64,000 nt of DNA from Eledone cirrhosa (taxonomy: Eukaryota): positions 296,298,001 to 296,362,000 of the forward strand of contig OZ024742.1 in NCBI GenBank assembly GCA_964016885.1. Direction: 5' to 3'. Shown one piece after another: positions 53,788 to 64,000 of the stretch; position 1 is the first letter of the stretch, and every line of letters starts with the position of its first letter. The notes under the pieces were generated by a model. That model did not search any database. It was not told the DNA's origin and saw only the letters and a list, made by a program, of their open reading frames with translations. Made by a program: the position numbers and the translations under genes.

Positions 53788-54873
53788 TTATTGTTGATGT
53801 GTGTTGTTGTTGTCTCCGTGTGTGTTATCGTTGTTGTGTGTGTTGTTATTGTTGTTTGTGTCTGCGTGTCTGTTGTTGTTGTATCTGGGTATGTTGCTAT
53901 TGTTGTTGATGTGTGTGTTGTTGTTATTGTTGTCTCCGTGTGTGTTATCGTTGTTGTGTGTGTTGTTATTGTTGTTTGTGTCTGCGTGTCTGTTGTTGTT
54001 GTATCTGGGTATGTTGCTATTGTTGTTGTTGTTGATGTGTGTGTTGTTGTTATTGTTGTTTGTGTCTGTGTGTCTGTTGTTGTTGGGATGTGTGTTGTAT
54101 ATGTGTGTGCGTATATTGTTGCTTTTGTTTTTGATGTTTTTGATGTTCCAGCGTAGTTTTGTAAATGATTTTTCTATTTCTGACAGACAACTAATCATAT
54201 TTACCTTCTTGAATGTCGCAAATTTGGGCGGCAGACATAACACAGACATTTCATTATTATCTATTTCCGTGTTTCCATAAATGTTGGTATTTTCATTGTT
54301 GAACTCTTCTGATAATGAGGTGTCGGCCATGTTGATACCGTCAATTTTGTCGGGATATCTATTGGTATACTCTATAGTATCCCGATTTAGCTTTGCCTGT
54401 TTAAGCCACTTTAGTTTTCTGTTAAAGTGCTTATCACATTCTTGAGTAATGTACTGTTCTTCGGGGCGTATAAGGCTTATAAATAATAGTTTTTCTGTTG
54501 GTGTGGTGATTTTAGCTATTTCTTGTATTAGGTTACGCTTTTGTTTTTCTTGATGACTTAATTCTCTATAGATCTTCTTTTTTATGTTTAGAATTAAAGT
54601 TCGTTTTAGCCTATCTGCTTGTTTTTTGGTGAGTTGTAATCTTCTAACGTCGGTATTGATGGTGTTGGTGTAGATTCTAGAAGTGGTGCACAGTTTTATG
54701 AAGTGTAGCTGTCGAGATGTTATGGTTTTTCGTAGACAACAGAACATGGTGGTTTTCAGTATCTTGTTAGCCTGGCTAAGGCTTACGATATTTCGTTTCT
54801 GAATTTGTTTAGCAAGATTCTTTATCTGAAATCGTGTGTTGAAACCGATATTGTTATACTTTGGGAGGGTCAT
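53788..54873 (-). CDS. N-terminal part of the same Penelope ORF, out of frame by one base
   Basis: Starts MTLPKYNN just downstream of the pLTR hammerhead. Has PLE N-terminal motifs FIKLC, KLKWL, EMSVLCLPPKFA and EKSFTKLRW. Ends in Asn-rich repeats. Confidence 0.8.
   Translation of the reverse strand: MTLPKYNNIGFNTRFQIKNLAKQIQKRNIVSLSQANKILKTTMFCCLRKTITSRQLHFIKLCTTSRIYTNTINTDVRRLQLTKKQADRLKRTLILNIKKKIYRELSHQEKQKRNLIQEIAKITTPTEKLLFISLIRPEEQYITQECDKHFNRKLKWLKQAKLNRDTIEYTNRYPDKIDGINMADTSLSEEFNNENTNIYGNTEIDNNEMSVLCLPPKFATFKKVNMISCLSEIEKSFTKLRWNIKNIKNKSNNIRTHIYNTHPNNNRHTDTNNNNNNTHINNNNNSNIPRYNNNRHADTNNNNNTHNNDNTHGDNNNNNTHINNNSNIPRYNNNRHADTNNNNNTHNNDNTHGDNNNTHQQ
53795..54085 (-). repeat. In-frame tandem repeat of about 120 bp (about 40 aa, Asn/Thr/His-rich) inside the Penelope ORF
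   Basis: SNIPRYNNNRHADTNNNNNTHNNDNTHGD occurs twice, plus partial copies. Confidence 0.9.
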
Positions 54874-54998
54874 GTTGCCAATAAGAAACACACGCACCAG
54901 TTGCTTTCACTTCAATTTATTATATATTTATAAATTTACAAACTTATAAATTTCTGGTTGGTTGGTTGGTTCCACAACCAGATAGTTGTTTATATATA

Positions 54999-55041
54999 GT
55001 CATAGTCCTTTCGTCACACACTCTGTGACCTCTTCAGTGAC
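54999..55041 (-). ncRNA. Hammerhead ribozyme in the 5' pLTR (identical to 50724)
   Basis: Same sequence as 50724-50766. Confidence 0.8.
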
Positions 55042-55429
55042 CGGGGATTCCTTTCTTTGTTTCTGTGCCTTTCCTTTCTTCTATCCTACGCCATTTTGTT
55101 TCTGTGTGTTGTGTGCTCAGTTTGCGCATGCGCCACATCCGGGTGTCTGTGTGTGTTTGTGTGTGAAAACACACACACACATAGAACAAACAACTTACAA
55201 TTAGGGACAAAATGAAAACACACACAGGACAAAATGAAAACACACACACACACATAGAACAAACAACCAACCAACAATAAATAAATAAACAAATAGATAA
55301 ATGAACACAAACACACACAGACACCCGGATGTGGCGCATGCGCAAACTGAGCACACAACACACACACAGTAACAAAATGGCGTAGGATAGAAGAAAGGAA
55401 AGGCACAGAAACAAAGAAAGGAATACCCG

Positions 55430-55472
55430 GTCACTTAAGAGGTCACAGAGTGTGTGACGAAAGGACTATGAC
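55430..55472 (+). ncRNA. Hammerhead copy in the inverted pLTR, core mutated (CUUAAGA)
   Basis: gtcacttaagaggtcacagagtgtgtgacgaaaggactatgac; G5 changed to U. Confidence 0.65.
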
Positions 55473-55739
55473 TATATATAAACAACTATCTGGTTGTGGA
55501 ACCAACCAACCAACCAGAAATTTATAAGTTTGTAAATTTATGAATTTATAAATATATAATAAATTGAAGTGAAAGCAACTGGTGCGTGTGTTTCTTATTA
55601 GCAACATGACCCTCCCAAAGTATAACAATATCGGTTTCAACACACGATTTCAGATAAAGAATCTTCCTAAACAAATTCAGAAACGACATATATATATACA
55701 TATATACATATATATACATACATACATACATACATACAT

Positions 55740-57785
55740 ATCATCATCAACGTTTAACGTCCGTGTTCCACGCTTGCATGGGTTTGGACGGGGGTTTTCC
55801 CACTTGAGGCAAGAGTGATTATCTTGCTCGCATAGGACTATCTGGCGGGTTTTCTACAGCTGGATGCCCTTCCTAACACCAACCACATTTACAGTGTGGG
55901 GCTGGGAGGTTTTTACCGTGTTGCCTACACGGCCACATTACAGCGTGAACTGTGTGCTTTTTTGTCGTGACACCTACACGATCTCATTTGTTTCGGCCTG
56001 GATGTTGTGGCACCAACATAACTTTACATTGAAAGGGCGGTGTGGATGGGGTGGGGGTGGTGGGACGGGGGTGTATTTTGTTAGAGATGCCTACTGACTA
56101 GTAGGTTTTACTTTGTATTTAGGTAAGGCGGTCTTCTCTATTACTGAGTACCGCCAAAGGTCTCGGTCCAGTGACATTGTCTTGGTGAGGTGTAAGTGTG
56201 TGAGGTCGGAATTTATCAGCTCGTTCCAGGTCTTTCTGGGTCTGCCTATTCCGTGGCTACCGTCTATCTTTATTGCTCTGCACTTTGTTATACAGCTATC
56301 GTCTTTCATGCGCATCACGTGACCATACCAACGTAGCCTTCTCTCGAGTAAACAACATCTGATCCCTCTTATTTCTAATTTTTTCCTTAGTTCGTTTATG
56401 CTTTGCCGTTCACGTATATTACTATTACACATCCAGCGGAGCATGCAAGCTTCGTTTCTCTCTAGTCTGCGTATATCCTCTGCACACAATGCCCAGGTCT
56501 CACTGCCATGCAACATTGCTGTTCGTATGCAGGCATCATACAACCTGCCTTTCATTTTTAGGGAGAACCCTTTAGCGGCTAATAGTGGTATAAGCTCTCT
56601 GAACTTTTCCCATCCAGTTCTGACTCTAGCTACTGTACTTTCAGAGCACCCTCCCCCACTGCTGATTTTGTCACCCAGGTAACGGAAGCTGTCCACTATT
56701 TCTATAGAACCCTCTGCGCAGTTGAAAGAGCTAGTATTTTGTGGGCACTTGCTGCTACTTATTTCACCAGAGCACCGGCCACATGCAAAATCTATGTTCT
56801 TAGTTAGCTTACCTGTGATATCACTACATCTTTTATGCACCCATACTTTGCATTTGGGACACAAAATGGAGTTTCTACCTACGCCTTTCCTACACACTGA
56901 GCATGGCCACTTCCCGGAAGGGACCGCCGCCTTATTTTCTTTCTTACACACTAGAACTTTAGTCTTAGCCAGGTTAATTTCAAGGCCTTTTGATTCTGGG
57001 CCATGCTTCCATGTTTGGAATTTCTTCTCTAGCTCGGCCATTGATTCAGCTATGAGTGTTAGGTCATCTGTGTATAGGAGTTCCCATGGGCAACCGGTCT
57101 TGAACTCCTCTGTTATAGCCTGAAGGGCAATAATAAATAGTAGGGGGCTGAGAACAGAGCCCTGATGGACGCCAACTTTTACGCTTAACTCTTTACTATA
57201 TTCGTTGTTAATTCTAACCTTGCTGACTGTTTCTTTATACATGGCTTGTATAGCTCTCACAAGCCATTCGTCAACACCTAGTTTTCTAAGAGCCCACCAG
57301 ATAATGGAACGGGGGACTCTGTCGAAGGCTTTCTCCAAGTCGACAAAAGCTAAGTATAGGAGTTTACTTTTAGCTAGGTACTTCTCCTGTAGTTGTCGTA
57401 CAATGAAAAGAGCGTCTGTGGTACTTTTGCCTGACACAAACCCGAACTGCATTTCATCTAGATCAATTCTCTCTGTGATTAGTTGCGCTATTACTTTTTC
57501 CGTGACCTTCATGACCTGGTCGATTAATTTAATGCCTCTATAGTTACTCCTATCTAGGGCATCTCCTTTACCCTTATAACAGTTAACGATGATGCTGCTA
57601 CGCCAGTCCTTCGGAACAACCCCATTCTGTACGACTTGGTTAACTATCCGGGTGACCATGGTGTGTCCCACCGTACCAGATGCCTTCAGCATCTCGGCAA
57701 CTATTTCCGAAGGCCCAGCCGCCTTACTCGTCTTCATATCTTTGATTGCCTTACTTATTGTACTACCCTCGACTAACACTGCTGT
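55740..57785 (-). mobile_element. RTE-clade LINE, 5'-truncated, with an uninterrupted RT frame
   Basis: ORF 56091..57779; 3' UTR nearly identical to 1240-1590; short (GAT)n tail. Confidence 0.95.
56091..57779 (-). CDS. RTE reverse transcriptase with internal PHD finger (562 aa, N-truncated; YTDD in place of YADD)
   Basis: All non-LTR RT motifs present; CSVC..CPKC..HKRC..CGRC lies between KTKVL and FRYLG. Confidence 0.9.
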   Translation of the reverse strand: MLVEGSTISKAIKDMKTSKAAGPSEIVAEMLKASGTVGHTMVTRIVNQVVQNGVVPKDWRSSIIVNCYKGKGDALDRSNYRGIKLIDQVMKVTEKVIAQLITERIDLDEMQFGFVSGKSTTDALFIVRQLQEKYLAKSKLLYLAFVDLEKAFDRVPRSIIWWALRKLGVDEWLVRAIQAMYKETVSKVRINNEYSKELSVKVGVHQGSVLSPLLFIIALQAITEEFKTGCPWELLYTDDLTLIAESMAELEKKFQTWKHGPESKGLEINLAKTKVLVCKKENKAAVPSGKWPCSVCRKGVGRNSILCPKCKVWVHKRCSDITGKLTKNIDFACGRCSGEISSSKCPQNTSSFNCAEGSIEIVDSFRYLGDKISSGGGCSESTVARVRTGWEKFRELIPLLAAKGFSLKMKGRLYDACIRTAMLHGSETWALCAEDIRRLERNEACMLRWMCNSNIRERQSINELRKKLEIRGIRCCLLERRLRWYGHVMRMKDDSCITKCRAIKIDGSHGIGRPRKTWNELINSDLTHLHLTKTMSLDRDLWRYSVIEKTALPKYKVKPTSQ

Positions 57786-57806
57786 TAGTCGAGGGTAGTA
57801 CCTGTA

Positions 57807-57840
<34 letters not shown>

Positions 57841-57958
57841 TGCTACTGTACGTCTGTATACATATATGTATGTACGTATACACACATACTTGCATATATA
57901 TATTCATATATATATATATTCATATATATATATATATATATTCATATATATATATATA

Positions 57959-58030
<72 letters not shown>

Positions 58031-58084
58031 TATATATATGAATATATATATATATGAATATATATATATATATATATTCATATA

Positions 58085-58154
58085 TATATGAATATATATA
58101 TGCAAGTATGTGTGTATACGTACATACATATATGTATACAGACGTACAGTAGCA

Positions 58155-58243
<89 letters not shown>

Positions 58244-58793
58244 TTATATATATATATATATATATATACATACAGGTACACATACATATATGCACGTATC
58301 AGTTTAGCGGACGCTTATTATAACGCTGCTTTGTTCGTTTGTAAACAAACTGAACAGCCTGAATTTTTATGCCGTACGGTGTTAAGGCAACCACGTCACC
58401 TTTTTGTTCAGCACTGACACAGGAACGATGTACTAGTTTCAAGCTTGTTAGCTATCATCAGCACCGTATACCCATCTGCCAGATAGTTGAACGTTCGAAA
58501 GTATATACTTTCCTTATGAAAATTAACGGCTGAGCAGCCTAATTTGCATATCGAGTGAGCTAAGTCGGTCAGGCATACCGAAAACGATAAGTTGAAATAA
58601 AATGAAAACGAAATTTCATTTCTCACTCTTAGTACGGCACTTACTTAAATGCAAGTATGTGTGTATACGTACATACATATATGTATACAGACGTACAGTA
58701 GACTGCATATATATATATATATATATACATACAGGTACACATACATATATGCACGTATCAGTTTAGCGGCGTTATAATAAGCGTCCGCTAAAC
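58085..58793 (-). mobile_element. Non-coding retrozyme-like element: unit of about 550 bp in partial tandem, with hammerhead
   Basis: 58101-58310 recurs at 58650-58769; terminal micro-inversion at 58770-58793; hammerhead at 58426. Confidence 0.72.
58426..58466 (-). ncRNA. Minimal type-I hammerhead ribozyme
   Basis: cggug-CUGAUGA-uagcu(aaca)agcuu-GAAAC-ua-GUA^-caucg; palindromic stem III ACUAGU; stem II closed by U-U. Confidence 0.75.
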
Positions 58794-59093
58794 TTTTTGG
58801 TAAATATCATCTTGGTTAAGAGAGTGGGACTGGCTTTGTGCAGTGCCTTTGCTCACTATTAAAGCTTCACGGCACAGGCATTGCTTTATATCTGGAGATC
58901 TCTCTGCACTTGTCGTCACATGGTACCATGGGCCCAGAACTATGTGTCAATAATTGACACAAGAGTAGTGTTTGTACCAGAGTTTTCAAGTCGCTGGCTG
59001 GACTAATAAGTCACACTTGTTCAGCGCATCGGTAGGGGTTCTCCTACATGGATGTAAAGTAGTGGCCGTACTCGAAAACGAGTTGGCAGCCAC

Positions 59094-59164
<71 letters not shown>

Positions 59165-59373
59165 GTATAATATTAAGGATACTAGTTATGGTTATGTATA
59201 TACTAAAACTTTTTATAGTTATGTATATTTTAAACCCTAAACAGTGAAGGTCAGTAATTTATTACTACCTTATTACCAGTAGGATAAATAGCTCAATATA
59301 ATAACATCAATTGTTCTACAGAGCAGTAATATAGAATTCACAAGAATCAAAGCTATGGTCAAAGCATTTATTC

Positions 59374-59418
59374 ACTTACAATTGTTTCATCCAAACCTAG
59401 GCTTGAAGACTTCGGAGC
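59374..59418 (-). ncRNA. Degenerate hammerhead-like motif in the inverted pLTR
   Basis: gcu-CCGAAGU-cuucaagc(cuag)guuuggau-GAAAC-aauu-GUA-agu. Confidence 0.5.
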
Positions 59419-60019
59419 ATTTTTCAATATTTGTACACATAATTGACCTCCTTTCCAACGCAAGAGAAACAGCTACTACATCTGTCTAACAAACTATCCT
59501 CTTGCATTATCTGTGTTAACTGCCGAATGTATTTTAATTTTGTTTTAATTTTGATTTTGATTTTGAATTTTAATTTTGATTTTGATTTTGAATTTGAATT
59601 GCTATACAGAAATAATATAGTATAATAAATGTCACTCCACTGTACATCAATATATATATATGTATCTGTATGTCTCTTGCGTTGGAAAGGAGGTCAATTA
59701 TGTGTACAAACATTAAAAATGCTCCAAAGACCCCAAGCTAAGTGAATAAATGCTTTGAACATAGCTTTGATTCTTGTGAATTCTATATAACTGCTCTGTA
59801 GAACAACTGATGTTATTATATTGAGCTATTTATCTTACTGGTAATAAGGTAGAAATAAATTACTGACCTTCACTGTTTAGGGTTTAAAATATACATAACT
59901 ATAACACTTTTTAGTATATACATAACCATAAATAGTATCCTTAATATTATTAACTGCTCCATACTGTTGAGCTAAGATACAATAAATTACCAGTATGCTG
60001 ATCAAAGACCAATTCCCTA

Positions 60020-62460
60020 TGTCAACCAAGAACATACAATACCATCCAAGGATACATACGAGAAATTATTGATCAACAGTGTCAACTCCTTTATCAGAGG
60101 ACATTCCATTATGTTAAAAAGAAATCTAACAAAGTTGATAATACTAACAAATTCGACTTCTTCGGCTTTGAAACTTTTAGAAGCCCCCCTCACAACACAC
60201 TACTAAACTCCTTTGAAAATGACCTAATAAAACTAGTTAAGAACATTAAATACAAAAAGCATCGTAATAAAAACAACACCTTCTTAAACAAACTTAACTC
60301 CTCTATAATGGATTCAAAACTATAACATATACAGCCTAGATTATGATACATATAGAAAGTTTATATATAATGAACTACATAAGAGCTACAAGAAAACTAC
60401 TATGAAAAACTTAGAAGAAATTAATATAGAAGGCCGTAGTATAGTGTTCACACTAGGACTTCAGAGACATACACAACCATACACCCCAAACCTCCCTAGA
60501 TTCTCTCTGAAGGACCATAAGGAGGATTTCATTAGCAACCCCTCGATTAGACTAATCTGCCCTTCCAAGTCTGACATTGGCATTATCAGTAAGAAAATTT
60601 TAGATAAAATCATCCCACAGATTAAACACAAAATATACCTTAAACAATGGGGAAATACAGGTGAAATTATTGAATGGTTTAAGGATATCAAGGAAAACAA
60701 AGATAAAAAATGTATTCAATTTGATATCAATTCATACTACACCTCTATTTCCCCTACCCTATTAAATAAGGCACTAATTATGGCCATGAACAATAGTGAC
60801 CTGACGAGACCCCAGATTGATGTCATACCTGCGGCCCGTAAAACCGTAATCACTTTTGAAGACCAGTTATGGACTCGCAAGGATACGCATAACAACTTCG
60901 ACATAACCATGGGATCTAGTGACTCGGCGCAGGTCACTGATTTGGTGGGCCTATACTTACTAAACGAAATCCATAGGGACCTTCCATACCTCAACGGTGG
61001 TTTGTACTGCGATGATGCACTTCTAATTATAGACTATAAAAAATTTAATATAGAAAGAACTAGAAAACTATTGCACAAGACTTTCAAAAACTATAACCTA
61101 AGTATCACCATAGACAAAAACACTAAAAACGTTAACTTTCTAGATGCCACCCTCTACCTAGACTCTAGGATATATACACCATTCCATAAACCTAACGAAA
61201 AACTGATTTACGTAGATACCAAGTCTAACCACCCTAGATCAATATCTCTAAGGGAATATCCAATAGAATCTCTAATCTATCTTATGACGAAAACATATTT
61301 AGCAAAAACTCACAATATTATAATCAGGCATTAGCTAGATCAGGCCATAATAATGAGATCGAGTTCCTACCTACAAAAACACATAGTTACAACATTATTT
61401 CGCACAATATCTCCATGAGGAAAAATACTAATAAGAATAATAACCACACACACACTAGTACGAAGGGTGGCAACAAACGTAACCCACACCAGGGAGGTCA
61501 CCAAAATACCATAAACGGAAGCATCTCACCAGACATAAAAAACAAAAATAGAAGAAGAAATAATACATTTTTCAACCCCCCTTTCAATCTAAACGTCTCT
61601 ACCAACCTACCTAAGGCTTTCTTCTCACTCTTGGATAAAAACTTCCCATCTGGCCACAAGTACCATAATCTTATAAACAAACACACCATTAAAATCTCCT
61701 ACTCTATCACGCCTAACATAGCATACCACATAGCTAGTAGCAATAAAAGAAAAATTAATACTTACTTCCAACAAACCAAAACACGGCAGGGGGTAAACCT
61801 TCAAAACAACGTTATATATGCAAACCCTGATATCAATAGTAATAATAGTAATAGCACTAGTGAAACCAATAACGCTGGGAGCGACAACCCCCATAGCCAT
61901 AATGCAATATCTAGCAACCAGACTTCTACACAACATAATAACCGGCAGGTTAATATCCAAAATAATTGTAACTGTAGATATAATAGAACCTGCCCTTTAG
62001 ATAAAAACTGCTTAATCAAGGACATTATATACTCATGCATCGTCATAACTAGCAACTCTTCTGAAACCTATATAGGCTCTACTTTGACCTGCTTCAAAAC
62101 CAGATACAATTCACACCTCCATTCTTTCAAAAAACACAGTCTAGCAACTCCCCTTCACTATCTAGCTACATATACTATCTAAAAACTAGAAATAGATCTT
62201 ATACACTTAAATGGGAAGTGATAGATAAGGCAGAATCGTACAAACCACCTAATAAATTCTGTAACTTCTGTCTACTAGAGACCCATACTATAATCTTCTC
62301 AAACCATAACCTCCTTAATAAAACTCGGAAGTGTTTGCGTCGTGCCAGCACCGCTTCAGGCACTCTTTCCAAAACTTTAAACCCAATATATAACAATGTC
62401 AGACCTGAACCCATCACCACTTCTAACACCACACCTCAAGGGCACACCTTACACCACAAC
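60020..62460 (+). pseudogene. Frameshifted Naiad RT + GIY-YIG ORF
   Basis: STKNI..PSK..Y...LI, FGF.T, SLKDHKEDF, RLICPSKSDIG, QW.NT, FDINSYY, FDITMGS, GGLYCDD, VNFLD, FHKPN, SNHP, FNPPF, KISYS, CNCR...CPL...CL, IIY..YIG, FKTRY..H, CNFCL.E. Confidence 0.9.
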
Positions 62461-63876
62461 TCCACACTCTTTGATCCACCCTATCTCAACACAAATCATT
62501 CCATCTATCTATAACTTTATACACTAGAAATATCCCCATAAACACCAACTTTTAGTATAATTACTTTCAATTACTTATAATTATATAGTGATACAATACA
62601 GTCTATATAAGCTTTAAATACCAGATTCGACAATGAATTATATATGCAATTGTATTTATATGCATGGAGTGATAACATTGGATATATATAAGATTAATTT
62701 ATTAACATAAGAGATCTGTCTAACTTATATGTTGAGTGCAATGAATTATGTATGAATGGTATGTGAGTTATATATGCAAGTATAACTTGATGGATAGATT
62801 AATGATATTGTAAATGAGGGATGTATTTGTCTGCTCTAGAGATGTATTTGGCTTCGCCATGCAAACAGCCATACGCTGCTCCAGAACTTACCAGGGGTTA
62901 TGTAGACATAATTCTAATAGGTGCCCTGACATGTTCTGAGAGTAGACTACATTTGCAGTGAACTTTGTTATAAAGATATGACTCTTTGTATGGAGTATTC
63001 AGTTGTAGCACTGTATGATAGGGAGTAATCATCCTAATATAGATACCTTTAGTACATCATGATAGAGTAGACTGTATTTAAAATTGGAAACTGGATATAC
63101 ATATATAACCGTCTATATAAGGGACTCTATTGAGGCGCCTTATAATGTATGTTAGAACAATGAATTTAGTTATGGAAATCAGCTAGTTACCTCCCCTTAC
63201 GCAGTAACTCCCCTTAATTACACACATACTTCCGGATAATAAACCGCTGTAAATTCTCGCAGCAGAATCAACCTATTCTATGAATTTGGATTAAATAACA
63301 CTGAGCCGCAATAAGCTAAAATAATTTAATTTAATGCATCAAACATCCAATACGGAATCATCGTTACTTATGTGATGGATGTAAAAACGATTTATACTTT
63401 TCCTGAATGTGAAAATGGTGGTGGATACGAAAACCATAACTTTCTTTTGCTTCTCCTTTTTATTTTTATTTTTCTGCACACATACTATTTTATTATATAC
63501 AAAAAATACCTTACCACTACAACCACCACAATACTCTTACTTACCCGCTTAAAGTGCTTGTATTACATGTAACACCCTGCCACACAATAATCATATATAA
63601 ATGAGACACACTTGCATGCCCCACGTGTAACTAACGCATACACTAGCTACTACTTCTGACTAACAAACTATCCTCTTGCATTATCTGTGTTAACTGCCGA
63701 ATGTATTTTAATTTTGTTTTAATTTTAATTTTGATTTTGATTTTGAATTTGAATTGCTATACAGAAATAATATAGTATAATATATGCCACTCCACTGTAC
63801 ATCAATATATATATACGTATCTGTATGTCTCTTGCGTTGGAAAGGAGGTCAATTATGTGTACAAACATTTAAAAAT

Positions 63877-63921
63877 GCTCCGAAGACCCCAAGCCTAGGT
63901 TTGGATGAAACAATTGTAAGT
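63877..63921 (+). ncRNA. Hammerhead-like motif in the 3' pLTR (U4C core)
   Basis: gcu-CCGAAGA-ccccaagc(cuag)guuuggau-GAAAC-aauu-GUA^-agu; palindromic stem III ACAAUUGU. Confidence 0.6.
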
Positions 63922-64000
63922 GAATAAATGCTTTGAACATAGCTTTGATTCTTGTGAATTCTATATGTATGTATATACATATAGCACCAGTTGGTGCTAC

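Larger units (their letters stand above)
50557..55686 (-). mobile_element. Near full-length Penelope-like retroelement (Neptune-like) with 3' pLTR, 5' pLTR and inverted 5' copy
   Basis: RT+GIY-YIG ORF. 50557-50890 repeats 54847-55160 directly. 55164-55686 is an inverted copy. Bounded by (TA)n-type repeats. Clade assignment is tentative. Confidence 0.93.
59167..63966 (+). mobile_element. Near full-length, degraded Naiad-type Penelope-like element with inverted 5' pLTR and direct 3' pLTR
   Basis: 59167-59470 is the reverse complement of about 59670-59950; 59475-59790 repeats at about 63645-63966; the coding region lies between them. Confidence 0.88.

Noticed and set aside
57746-58417. Ile/Tyr-repeat ORFs
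   Set aside because: Translation of (TA)n
60020-63640. Selenocysteine recoding or SECIS, as reported for some Naiad elements
   Set aside because: The breaks I could trace are frameshifts or deletions, not in-frame TGA. A GTGAT...AAAAA...TGAA stretch at about 63372-63408 has too short and weak a helix to call a SECIS.

Overview
AT-rich, microsatellite-dense animal DNA. The repeat content suggests a cephalopod or other mollusc, but that is inference. No host gene can be called with confidence; the window is almost entirely transposable elements and simple repeats. It holds four RTE-clade LINE copies, three of which cover the RT and show a C4HC3 PHD finger inserted in it. It also holds three Penelope-like elements (PLEs): one nearly intact RT+GIY-YIG element with direct and inverted pseudo-LTRs, and two Naiad-type elements. 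Other elements are Helitrons, R4/Dong and CRE endonuclease relics, tRNA-SINEs and piggyBac-type MITEs. The main finding is five unrelated families of minimal type-I hammerhead ribozymes, read directly from the sequence (about 10 copies). Three families sit in PLE termini and two in short non-coding, retrozyme-like elements. One has a compensatory U3-A8 core, and one is split in stem III by a composite Helitron. Most of the young elements are bounded by (TA)n tracts.
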